Positions 32,376 through 42,200 of a stretch of 64,000 nucleotides of DNA are shown piece after piece. How positions within the stretch are numbered: position 1 is the stretch's first letter; the number at the start of each line of letters is the position of its first letter. A program made the translations under genes and the position numbers. The stretch is from Bacteroidia bacterium. Its GTDB lineage: Bacteria > Bacteroidota > Bacteroidia > 2-12-FULL-35-15. The notes beneath the pieces were generated by a model. The model saw only the letters and a list, made by a program, of their open reading frames with translations, made no database searches and was not told the origin of the DNA. Location of the stretch: positions 18,044 through 82,043 of the forward strand of contig JAEUTU010000026.1 of NCBI GenBank assembly GCA_016786925.1, given 5' to 3'.

Positions 32376-33626
32376 CTACTCAATATTCTTCATATTCAGC
32401 TTCCTCAACTTAGGAGCTATTTTAGCAGTGGCAGCAACAATCAGAATGGTCATGATGCCACCAAATACTACTGATGCTTTTAAGCCCATCGCACGGGCTG
32501 CTACACCCGATTCGAATGCACCGATCTCGTTCGAGGAGCCAATAAAAATACTGTTTACAGAAGATACCCGCCCACGCATATGATCAGGCGTTGCCAGTTG
32601 CAGAATACTATGACGGATCACCACGCTCACATTATCGAATGCTCCGGTAAGGAATAAAAAGAAAAGTGACAGGTAATAATTTTCACTGATCCCAAACAGA
32701 ATCGTAGCTACACCAAATGCTGCTATGGATAAGAATAAGTTTCTGCCTGCATGTTGGGTAGGTGGTTTGTAGGCAATGATGATCGCCATGACCACGGCAC
32801 CCAATGCCGGAGCAGCTCTCAAGAATCCCAACTCGATCGCGCCTACATGTAAAATCTTGTCGGCAAAAGCAGGAAGCATCGCTACCGCTCCTCCAAACAA
32901 TACAGCAAACAGGTCGAGCGACAAAGCACCGAGGATCAATTGATTCTTAAATACAAATTTGATCCCTGCACTCAAACTTTCAAACAGCGTTTCTGTTTTT
33001 TCTTTTTTAGGAAGTGGTTTCGATTTAATAAATAAGAATGAAAAGATCGCAATGGCAATTAAAGCAATGTTCACTTTATAGGCAGCCGTAAAACTCACCG
33101 CACAAATAAATCCTGCCATAGCCGGACCAACAATGGAGGCTACATGCCATACTGTGCTGTTCCAGGTAGCTGCATTGGTGTACAGGTCGCGTGTAACCAA
33201 TTGCGACATGAACGAAGGAAATGCTGCTGAGATAAATCCTCTAACGATACCAATGAATCCGATCACCAAAAAGATAGGCAGCGTGCCATGATCTTTAATG
33301 ATCGTGTTTGTTTCTAATGAGAAATACAGTAATGCTAAAGTGGATACAGTTAGAAAGGATGTGGCTGTAATGATGATCTTTTTTCTGTCTACCGTATCGG
33401 CTACATGGCCTGAAAATAAGGAGACAGTGATAAAAGGGATGGCTTCCGCCAATCCAATTAATCCAAGATCCAGCTCATTTCCTGTGATCTGATACACTTG
33501 CCATCCAACAATAACACTCTGCATTTGAATAGCCAGTGTTAAAAAGAAACGGGTATTCAAGAAGAATAAAAACTCTTTTATTCTTAATACAGCATACGGA
33601 TCGTGTTGGGATGTTTTCTTTGTCAT
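32376..33626 (-). CDS. MFS transporter
   Basis: 12-TM protein, 416 aa, with an MFS-like D-R/K motif between TM2 and TM3 (GHVADTVDRKK). Confidence 0.7.
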   Translation of the reverse strand: MTKKTSQHDPYAVLRIKEFLFFLNTRFFLTLAIQMQSVIVGWQVYQITGNELDLGLIGLAEAIPFITVSLFSGHVADTVDRKKIIITATSFLTVSTLALLYFSLETNTIIKDHGTLPIFLVIGFIGIVRGFISAAFPSFMSQLVTRDLYTNAATWNSTVWHVASIVGPAMAGFICAVSFTAAYKVNIALIAIAIFSFLFIKSKPLPKKEKTETLFESLSAGIKFVFKNQLILGALSLDLFAVLFGGAVAMLPAFADKILHVGAIELGFLRAAPALGAVVMAIIIAYKPPTQHAGRNLFLSIAAFGVATILFGISENYYLSLFFLFLTGAFDNVSVVIRHSILQLATPDHMRGRVSSVNSIFIGSSNEIGAFESGVAARAMGLKASVVFGGIMTILIVAATAKIAPKLRKLNMKNIE

Positions 33627-33657
33627 AGATCGACTGTAAATTTACATTTTAAATTCT

Positions 33658-33665
33658 TATCTTTG
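33658..33665 (+). promoter_or_regulatory. Candidate -7 box TAnnTTTG (tatctttg) 4 nt before the Crp/Fnr start codon
   Basis: Exact consensus match in a 43-bp divergent intergenic region. Confidence 0.3.
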
Positions 33666-33669
33666 GAGT

Positions 33670-34296
33670 ATGATAACAGACAGCGCTAAGATCAGTATTC
33701 CGAACATCGATAATGAGATGAAACAACAGTTAATGGACAACGGTACCATTAAGAATTTCAAAGCAGGAGATGTTATTTTGCAGGAGAACAGTTATATCAA
33801 GACACTTCCTATTGTATTACAGGGAAGTCTGAAAGTAATGCGTGAGGAAGAAGACGGAAAAGAGATCCTGTTATACTATATCAAAGCGGGTGAGACCTGT
33901 GTGATGTCGTTCCTTGGTGGTATCAGCAATGATAAAAGTAAAGTGAAAGCTGTTGTGGAGGAAGATTCAGAGATCTTGTTGATCCCGATTCATAATGCGC
34001 AGGACTGGGTGTCGAAATATCCTTCCTGGTGCGATTTTATATTCAAATTATATCACAAACGTTTCGAAGAGCTTTTGTCGGTGGTGAATGCCATGGCTTT
34101 TCAAAAGATCGATCAGCGTATTGTGGAATTACTTAATAAAAAATATCAGCTTACCGGTAATAAAGAGATCAGTGTTACGCATCAGCAGCTGGCCGATGAG
34201 TTAGGCACTGCCCGTGAGGTGGTTTCCCGCCTTTTAAAACAACTTGAAAGAGAAAAAAAGATCAGTCTTTCCCGCAATAAGATCACTATTTTATAG
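33670..34296 (+). CDS. Crp/Fnr family transcriptional regulator
   Basis: N-terminal cNMP-binding beta-roll. C-terminal HTH (THQQLADELGTAREVVSRLLKQLE). 208 aa. Confidence 0.8.
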   Translation: MITDSAKISIPNIDNEMKQQLMDNGTIKNFKAGDVILQENSYIKTLPIVLQGSLKVMREEEDGKEILLYYIKAGETCVMSFLGGISNDKSKVKAVVEEDSEILLIPIHNAQDWVSKYPSWCDFIFKLYHKRFEELLSVVNAMAFQKIDQRIVELLNKKYQLTGNKEISVTHQQLADELGTAREVVSRLLKQLEREKKISLSRNKITIL

Positions 34297-34388
34297 CTAT
34301 GTGATATATATCACTGACCTGTGTTTGTAAAGCGTTGTAATTTTGTGTCGTAAATAAATTAGTATTCACAACCAAAACCAACGAAACA

Positions 34389-34595
34389 ATGAAAAAAAAC
34401 ATGGGAAACATCGACAGGATCATCAGAGTACTGATCGCTCTTGTTGTAATTGCACTTTATTTTGCAAATGTAATTTCAGGAACTGTAGCAATCGTATTGC
34501 TTGCTTTATCAGGTATCTTTATCCTGACCAGCCTTATCAGCTTCTGTCCTTTGTACACGATATTCGGAATAAATACATGTAAGAAAAAAGACTAA
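34389..34595 (+). CDS. DUF2892 (YgaP C-terminal-like) small membrane protein
   Basis: 68 aa, two TM helices, IDRIIRVLIALV...FCPLY motif characteristic of DUF2892. Confidence 0.7.
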   Translation: MKKNMGNIDRIIRVLIALVVIALYFANVISGTVAIVLLALSGIFILTSLISFCPLYTIFGINTCKKKD

Positions 34596-34675
34596 TTCCG
34601 GATAAAGAAAGCTCCATTCAGTTGGGCTGGGGAAGAGGAGCTTTATTTTTTGTAATCAATTAAAACTATATAAAA

Positions 34676-34957
34676 ATGAAATTAGATGAATTAATTAAAT
34701 CGAACAAAGCTACGATCGTAGATGTTCGTACACGTGAAGAATTTAGAGGTGGTAATGTAGCAGGATCGATCAACATTCCTTTGAATGAGATCCCGCAACG
34801 TATGGATGAATTGAAAGCCATCGAACAACCGATCGTATTGTGCTGTTTATCGGGTGGAAGAAGCGGCCAGGCAACCATGTATTTGATGCAACAAGGTTTC
34901 AAAGATGTGCACAATGGTGGTTCATGGTTAGATGTAAATTATTATAAAAACAACTAA
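34676..34957 (+). CDS. Single-domain rhodanese (sulfurtransferase)
   Basis: Active-site loop CCLSGGRSGQA with catalytic Cys. 93 aa. Confidence 0.85.
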   Translation: MKLDELIKSNKATIVDVRTREEFRGGNVAGSINIPLNEIPQRMDELKAIEQPIVLCCLSGGRSGQATMYLMQQGFKDVHNGGSWLDVNYYKNN

Positions 34958-34967
34958 GAAAACAGAT

Positions 34968-35279
34968 ATGTTAGACGGAATTAAAAAACTATTCGGGATG
35001 GGTCCTAAAGTGGACTTGGGCGAATTAATAAAAAATGGTGCTATTATCCTGGATGTGCGTAGCAAAGGTGAATATGCAGGCGGACATGTAAAAGGTTCGA
35101 TCAATATTCCACTGGATCAATTGGGTAGCAACCTTGCTAAATTGAAAAAAGATAAAGTGATCATCACGTGTTGCGCTTCCGGTATGAGAAGCGGTGCAGC
35201 CAAAGGTCAGCTGAAAAGCAAAGGCTACGAGGTACACAATGGTGGCAGCTGGATGAGTGTTAACCGTTACGTAAAATAA
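34968..35279 (+). CDS. Single-domain rhodanese (sulfurtransferase)
   Basis: Active-site loop CCASGMRSGAA. 103 aa. Paralog of the upstream gene. Confidence 0.85.
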   Translation: MLDGIKKLFGMGPKVDLGELIKNGAIILDVRSKGEYAGGHVKGSINIPLDQLGSNLAKLKKDKVIITCCASGMRSGAAKGQLKSKGYEVHNGGSWMSVNRYVK

Positions 35280-35280
35280 A

Positions 35281-35529
35281 ATGTCGTTCTTCTCTTTCCT
35301 TTCCGGATGGAATGTTGTCCGCATACTTCGTTTGTTCATAGGGCTGGCTGCTTTGGCAGCCGCCTATTATGAGCACGATAAGTTAATGGGCTTGCTGGGA
35401 GCGGTATTCACTGCTCAGGCAGTTTTTAATGTGGGATGTTGCGGCATGTCGGCTTGTTCGACAGATGCCTACAGGAAACCCGGAATGGAAGAAAAAGAAA
35501 TAGAATTTGAAACAATAAAAAAAGATTAA
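35281..35529 (+). CDS. DUF2892-like small membrane protein with Cys cluster
   Basis: 82 aa, [17 protein letters not shown]...GCCGMSAC. Topology similar to 34389..34595. Confidence 0.5.
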   Translation: MSFFSFLSGWNVVRILRLFIGLAALAAAYYEHDKLMGLLGAVFTAQAVFNVGCCGMSACSTDAYRKPGMEEKEIEFETIKKD

Positions 35530-35534
35530 AAACC

Positions 35535-35831
35535 ATGGCAACATTTAATGAAATTATAAATTCGGATAAACCCGTGTTGGTTGATTTTTCAGCCGAGTGG
35601 TGCGGTCCTTGCAAAATGATGGCGCCTATCTTGAAAGACTTGGCAGGCCAGGTGGGTGATAATGCCAGCATCTTAAAAGTAGATGTGGATAAGAATCCAA
35701 AAGCAGCAAGTGCTTATCACATACAAGGTGTACCAACCTTGATCCTATTTAAAAATGGTGAAGTGAAATGGCGCCAATCAGGCGTTGTTCCTGCCGAAAA
35801 ACTAAAACAAATCATAGACTTACATTCATAA
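35535..35831 (+). CDS. trxA: Thioredoxin
   Basis: WCGPCK active site, 98 aa. Confidence 0.9.
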   Translation: MATFNEIINSDKPVLVDFSAEWCGPCKMMAPILKDLAGQVGDNASILKVDVDKNPKAASAYHIQGVPTLILFKNGEVKWRQSGVVPAEKLKQIIDLHS

Positions 35832-36586
35832 TGAAAAAGAACAAATTTAAAATAGCGGGAATTTTATTCCTTGTGTTGACAGCAGCTTTTACTTCTTGTA
35901 AACAAGGTGCTAACCAGAATGGTGTGGGTGGAACGATCTCAGCCGATGAGTTCGAGAAAAAGTTAGCTGCCACTGAAAATGCACAGATAGCGGACGTTCG
36001 TACTCCCGGAGAATATTCCGAAGGACATATTAAAAATGCATTGAACATCAATTGGAATGGCGATTCGTTTGAAGCCGACATCCAAAAGATGGATAAGAAT
36101 AAACCTGTATTTGTGTATTGTTTATCAGGCGGAAGAAGCTCCAGTGCTGTAAGCAAAATGGTAGCCTTAGGTTTTAAAGAGATCTATGAATTAGACGGTG
36201 GAATGCGTGCCTGGTACAATGGCAATAAGCCGGTAGATACTGGGAATGCAGCTCCTGCAGCTCCAGGTCAGGAAAAGCCACAAGGAATGAGCTTGACGGA
36301 ATATGAGAAAATATTAAGTACCGATAAATTGGTATTGGTTGATTTTAATGCGGTATGGTGTGCACCCTGCAAACAAATGTCGCCTTGGTTGGATGAAATT
36401 GCAGCTGACATGAAAGATAAAGTGGTAGTGTTAAAATTGGACGTGGAAGAGAACAAGCAGATCGCAGATATGTTGCAGGTTGAAAATTTACCAACCCTAT
36501 TGCTTTATAAAAATGGTAAGGTAGTTTGGAACGGTGAAGGCTTAACATTGAAAGACGTGATCGTGGATGCGATCAATAAAAACTAA
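35831..36586 (+). CDS. Lipoprotein with N-terminal rhodanese domain fused to C-terminal thioredoxin domain
   Basis: Lipobox LTAAFTSCKQ. Rhodanese loop YCLSGGRSSSAV. Thioredoxin WCAPCKQM. ATG at 35831 chosen. Confidence 0.75.
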   Translation: MKKNKFKIAGILFLVLTAAFTSCKQGANQNGVGGTISADEFEKKLAATENAQIADVRTPGEYSEGHIKNALNINWNGDSFEADIQKMDKNKPVFVYCLSGGRSSSAVSKMVALGFKEIYELDGGMRAWYNGNKPVDTGNAAPAAPGQEKPQGMSLTEYEKILSTDKLVLVDFNAVWCAPCKQMSPWLDEIAADMKDKVVVLKLDVEENKQIADMLQVENLPTLLLYKNGKVVWNGEGLTLKDVIVDAINKN

Positions 36587-36590
36587 GGAT

Positions 36591-37031
36591 ATGGCAAACG
36601 AACATTATTACGATATCGATCTTGTATGGAGATCGGATCGCATGGGAGAAGTGAGTTCTCCTGTATTGAATGAAAAAATTGAAGTGGTAACTCCTCCTGA
36701 ATTTCCGAAAGGAATTGCAGGGAAATGGTCGCCCGAACACTTTTTCACTGCAGCTGTTTCCAGCTGTTTTATGACCACCTTCTTAGCGGTTGCCGAAAAT
36801 TCTAAATTGGAATTTGTAAGTCTGGAAGTAAAAGCAAAAGGAAAATTAGAAATGGTGGAAGGCAAATACATGATGAGTGAAGTAGAGCTGAAACCTGAGT
36901 TGGTGATTGCCAAACAAGATGATCAGGAAAGAGCATTACGTATTTTAAATAAATCGGAAGTGGCTTGTTTGATCTCTAATTCCATCAAATCGAAGATCGT
37001 ATTTGTTCCTGAAATTTTAATAAAAAATTAA
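36591..37031 (+). CDS. OsmC/Ohr family peroxiredoxin-like protein
   Basis: Two conserved Cys in the OsmC arrangement (SSCFMTT ... EVACLIS). About 146 aa. Confidence 0.65.
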   Translation: MANEHYYDIDLVWRSDRMGEVSSPVLNEKIEVVTPPEFPKGIAGKWSPEHFFTAAVSSCFMTTFLAVAENSKLEFVSLEVKAKGKLEMVEGKYMMSEVELKPELVIAKQDDQERALRILNKSEVACLISNSIKSKIVFVPEILIKN

Positions 37032-37044
37032 TATTGTTCCTGAT

Positions 37045-38649
37045 ATGAACCGTTTTCTTTTTATCCTTTTCTTTTTAATTAATATGCTGGCATTTGGCCA
37101 ACAAGCTCAGACCTTTTCTGTAGAAATTGAAGAGGATACTATTCCTGGTATGCAAGGCCTACAATCATTTGTTGTTGGTCAGGCGCAAGGAAAATGGCTG
37201 TTTATTGGTGGACGGAAAGATGGTTTGCATCAGCGACAACCCTTCTCTTCATTTCTTGCTTCAGGAAATAATACAAACATATATGTGATAGATCCTGTTA
37301 GTAAGCAATTTTGGTTAGCTTCATTAAACACGCTTCCACAGGGAATTCAAGAGCAATTGCAATCAACGAATATTAATTTCAAACAGGTAAACGATCTTTT
37401 ATACATTATAGGAGGATATGGTTACAGTACCACTGCTGCTGATCATATTACATATCCGAATATTACAATTGTAAATGTAAGTTCAACTATTAATGCAATC
37501 ATTGCAAGCAGTTCTATTACCAGCTTTTTTAGACAAATTACTGATCAACGAATGGCTATTACCGGTGGTCAGTTGGAGAATATTGATAGTGTTTTTTATT
37601 TGGTGGGTGGTCATCGATTCGATGGACGATACAATCCAAATAATAATCCAACATTTACCCAAACTTATTCAGATGAAATAAGAAAATTTAAGATAAGTGA
37701 TAATGGAACTACGTTCTCTATCTATGACTATATTGCAATTAATGATCCTGCAAATTTACACAGGAGGGATTATAACTTAGTTCCACAGATATTTCCAACC
37801 GGAGATTTTGGTTTTACTGCCTTTACAGGTGTTTTTCAACCTGTTCAGGATCTTCCTTGGCTCAATACGGTTGACATTAAATCGAATGCGTATGCTGTTA
37901 ATAATACTTTTAGCCAATACCTGAGTCAATATCACAGTGCAAAAATGCCGTTATGGGATTCAACTAATAATGAAATGCATTCTATCTTTTTCGGAGGAAT
38001 GAGTCGATATACATTGGATACTTCTACTAATACCTTAATAGATGATGTAAATGTACCATTTGTTAAGACGATTAGTCGTGTTACCCGTGAAAGTAATGGT
38101 AATATGATGGAGTACAAATTGCCTATTGAGATGCCCGCTCTTTTAGGCTCCGGTGCAGAGTTTATAAACATTTCTTCAGATGCTTATTTGAAAGAGGGGA
38201 TTATAAGTTTAAATAGATTACCTATGGCAAGAACATTAGTTGGTTACATTTATGGTGGAATAGAAAGTACACTGCCGAATATTTTTTTCATTAACAACGG
38301 AACTCAAAGCGTAGCTAGTTCAAGATTATTTAAGGTGTATATTAATAAGAGTCCCTTAACATCAACAGCTAAGCCGCAAAAGCTTGATAATGATATGTTC
38401 TCTGTTTTTACTTATCCCAATCCTGCTGACCATGTGATAACGATCAATGTTAAATCTCAAATCACAGGTGATTTAAAAATAATATTACAAAATGAAAAGG
38501 GTGAAATGGTAAGTACAATTGTTGAAACAAAAATAAAACACGGTAACCATGAATATATCTGGAACAGAACTAGAGAAAAAAGTGGAGTTTATTTTGTTGT
38601 CAGTCAAATAGGTAATGTCATCAAAACAAGTAAAGTCATTCTTAAGTAA
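37045..38649 (+). CDS. Secreted beta-propeller-like protein with T9SS C-terminal sorting domain
   Basis: Signal peptide. Repeated GG(R/Y) motifs suggest Kelch-like blades. The C-terminal 85 aa matches the Por CTD (FSVFTYPNPADHVITIN...GVYFVVSQ). Confidence 0.55.
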   Translation: MNRFLFILFFLINMLAFGQQAQTFSVEIEEDTIPGMQGLQSFVVGQAQGKWLFIGGRKDGLHQRQPFSSFLASGNNTNIYVIDPVSKQFWLASLNTLPQGIQEQLQSTNINFKQVNDLLYIIGGYGYSTTAADHITYPNITIVNVSSTINAIIASSSITSFFRQITDQRMAITGGQLENIDSVFYLVGGHRFDGRYNPNNNPTFTQTYSDEIRKFKISDNGTTFSIYDYIAINDPANLHRRDYNLVPQIFPTGDFGFTAFTGVFQPVQDLPWLNTVDIKSNAYAVNNTFSQYLSQYHSAKMPLWDSTNNEMHSIFFGGMSRYTLDTSTNTLIDDVNVPFVKTISRVTRESNGNMMEYKLPIEMPALLGSGAEFINISSDAYLKEGIISLNRLPMARTLVGYIYGGIESTLPNIFFINNGTQSVASSRLFKVYINKSPLTSTAKPQKLDNDMFSVFTYPNPADHVITINVKSQITGDLKIILQNEKGEMVSTIVETKIKHGNHEYIWNRTREKSGVYFVVSQIGNVIKTSKVILK

Positions 38650-38734
38650 ACTTTTCGTTGGTTGGAAAGGGGGATTGAATTTTTATTCGTCCCCTTTTTT
38701 TGTGTTTAGCTGCATTATTGATTACCTTTGTTAT

Positions 38735-39145
38735 ATGAAGTTGATTCTGGCTTTATTCTTCTCTTTACAGATCATCACAAACAATGCGTTTGTGGAGGAT
38801 ATCGCCCGTATTCCCTCTTTAATTCACCATTACGAACATCATCAGCACGAAGAAACTCCGGGAATTTCTTTCCTTGACTTTATTGCCATGCATTATACTA
38901 CTAATGCAGTTGCTGATACCGATGCAGTTGCTGATACCGATGCCGATCACCATTCATTGCCTTTGAAACATGCCAATGATGCCGGACATGTGCATTTAAT
39001 TCCTGCTTTTACAATTCCTGAGTCTCAATCAGGACTTTCTGTTGTTTACACAGAAGTAGAACATTTTACGTATTACCCTGAATTCATTCCAAACCACAAT
39101 TTGGATGCGATCTTTCAGCCGCCTAAGACTTCTATCTTATCTTAA
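38735..39145 (+). CDS. His-rich small secreted protein upstream of the metal efflux pump (putative metal-binding)
   Basis: Signal peptide, HHYEHHQHEE cluster and a tandem AVADTD repeat. Internal ATG chosen. Confidence 0.5.
   Translation: MKLILALFFSLQIITNNAFVEDIARIPSLIHHYEHHQHEETPGISFLDFIAMHYTTNAVADTDAVADTDADHHSLPLKHANDAGHVHLIPAFTIPESQSGLSVVYTEVEHFTYYPEFIPNHNLDAIFQPPKTSILS
38906..38941 (+). repeat. Perfect 18-bp tandem repeat x2 (gcagttgctgataccgat) inside the CDS
   Basis: Direct reading of the sequence. Encodes AVADTD-AVADTD. Confidence 0.9.
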
Positions 39146-39201
39146 TTTAGGCGTTTTCGACTATTTTCAATAGTCATTTGTTTCATTAATATTTCATTTT
39201 T

Positions 39202-42200
39202 ATGTTAAATAAGATCATAGAATTTTCTGTGAAGAATAAACTTATAATAGGTTTATTCATCATCGCATTGATCGCTTATGGTAGCTATCAGTTTACCAAA
39301 TTACCGATCGATGCCGTACCCGATATTACTAATAATCAGGTGCAAGTAATTACCGTTGCTCCTTCTTTGGGTGCAACCGACATTGAACGTTTGATCACAT
39401 TCCCGATCGAATTAGCCAATAGCAATATCTCCGGTTTGCACGAGATCAGAAGTTTTTCACGCTTCGGACTTTCCATCGTAACCATCGTTTTTGATGATGA
39501 TATTGATGTGTATTGGGCACGACAACAAGTGGCGGAACGATTGCAACAAGTGCAAGATGAGTTGCCAAAAGGTGTAGCGAACGTGTCATTGGGTCCCGTA
39601 ACTACCGGACTTGGCGAGATCTATCAATATTCTGTTCGTGCAAAAGAAGGCTACGAGCATAAGTACGATGCCATGGAACTCCGCACCATTCAGGATTGGG
39701 TAGTTAGACGACAATTGTTAGGAGTAAAAGGTGTTGCGGATGTGAGTAGTTTCGGAGGGAAGTTAAAACAATATGAGATCGCGGTAGAGCCGGCAAAGTT
39801 AAAAGCATATAACATCACCATTAACGATGTGTTTGCTGCACTTGAGAGTAATAACCAGAACACCGGTGGCGCCTACATCGAAAAAGGTCCAACCGTGCTG
39901 TATATCCGTAGCGAAGGGTTGGTAGGCAGTGTGGACGATATCAAGTCGGTCTTCATTAAAAATACTTCTAATGGAACACCGCTGTTAATCCGTGATGTGG
40001 CCGATGTACGTTATGGATACGCTACCCGTTATGGCGCTATGTGTTATAACGATAAAGGAGAAGTGGCAGGCGCTGTGGTGATGATGCTAAAAGGGGAGAA
40101 CAGCAGCGAAGTGATCAAAAATGTAAAAGAACGTGTGGCGAAGATCCAGAAAACATTACCCGAAGGTGTAGTGCTGGAGCCCTTTTTGGATCGTACCAAA
40201 ATGGTAAACAATGCTATTGGTACGGTGGAGACCAATTTGATTGAAGGTGCTTTGATCGTATTGTTTGTATTGGTTCTGTTTTTAGGTAACATCAGAGCAG
40301 GTTTACTCGTGGCATCGGTCATTCCTTTAGCCATGTTATTTGCCATCATCCTCATGAATTTGTTTGGCGTGAGTGGTAACCTGATGAGTTTAGGTGCGCT
40401 GGACTTTGGTTTGATCATTGACGGAGCGGTTATTATTGTCGAAGCCTTGTTGCATACCATTCAACACAATAAAAAACTAACGGCAGGCTCCGTGATGAGT
40501 TCTTCCGAAATGGATTCGCAAGTGAAACATTCAGCAGGTAAAATGATGAACAGTGCGGTCTTCGGACAGATCATCATTCTGGTTGTGTATCTGCCGATCT
40601 TTTTTCTGGAAGGGATCGAAGGAAAGATGTTCAAGCCCATGGTTCAAACCGTTGTGTTTGCCTTGTTAGGTGCATTTGTTTTATCATTGACCTATGTGCC
40701 GATGATGAGTGCTTTGATCATCAGCAAAAAGATCAGCCACAAGAAAACTTTTTCGGATAGAATGATCGAGTGGATAGAGCGTAAATATCAAAAAGCCTTA
40801 GAAAAAGTATTAGCATTTCCGAAAGTGGTGATCACGACTGCATTATCGCTTTTTGCGATTGCATTATTGGTGCTTTCGAATATGGGTGGTGAATTTATCC
40901 CTGCTTTGGAAGAAGGCGATTTTGCGGTGGAAACACGTGTGCTTACCGGTAGTAATCTAACAACCACCATTGAAAGCACACAACGTGCTGCCAAAATTTT
41001 AAAGGAACGTTTTCCGGAAGTAGAGCAGGTGGTAACAAAGATCGGAAGCGGAGAGATCCCAACCGATCCTATGCCGATGGAAGCTGCCGATATGATGGTG
41101 ATATTAAAAGATAAAAAAGAATGGACCTCTGCGAAGAACTTTCCGGAGTTGTCCGAAAAAATGAGTGCAGCCGTTTCAGAAGTTCCCGGTATCACTACCA
41201 GTTTCCAGTTCCCGGTGCAAATGCGATTCAATGAATTGATGACCGGTGCTAAGCAGGATGTGGTGTGTAAGATATTTGGTGAGAACATGGATACATTGGC
41301 GCGTTATGCTCAGCAGTTAGGCGAAATGGTAGCTACTGTGGAAGGTGCAAAAAATATTTATGTAGAGCCGGTTTCCGGAATGCCACAGGTGATCATTGAA
41401 TACAACCGTGCTGCCATTGCTCAATACGGATTGAATATCATTGATATCAATCGTGTGGTGAATACCGGATTAGCAGGCCAAACCACCGGAGCTGTTTATG
41501 AAGGAGAAAAGAAATTCGACATGGTGGTTCGTTTGGATGGTGAGCAAAGAAAGAATATGGATGATATTAAGAACTTACTCATCCCAACGGCTCAAGGAAC
41601 TCAGATCCCATTGTATCAATTGGCCAATGTAGAGTTAAAAGAAGGTCCAAATCAGATACAACGCGAAGATGCCAAACGCAGGATCATTGTTGGATTTAAT
41701 GTGAAAGATCGTGATGTACAGTCGATCGTAACAGAGCTGCAAAGCAAAGTAGAAAAAGGAATTAAATTCCCTGCAGGTTATTATGTAACTTATGGCGGTG
41801 CATTCGAAAATTTGAATGCTGCCAAAGCCCGCTTGAGTATTACGGTTCCTATTTCATTGTTATTGATCTTCTTGTTGTTGTATTTCTCTTTTAATTCGAT
41901 CAAGCAAGGTTTGTTGATCTACTCTGCCATTCCACTTTCAGCGGTGGGAGGGATCTTTGCCTTGGCATTGCGTGATATGCCTTTCAGCATCTCTGCAGGA
42001 GTGGGCTTCATTGCCTTGTTCGGTGTAGCCGTGTTGAATGGTATCGTATTGATCGCTGAATTCAACCGCTTAAAAGAAGAAGGCTGGAGCGATACACGTA
42101 AGATCGTTTTAATGGGTACCAAGATCCGTTTACGTCCTGTACTCATGACCGCCTTTGTGGCATCCTTAGGCTTTTTGCCGATGGCGATCAGTAACGGTGC

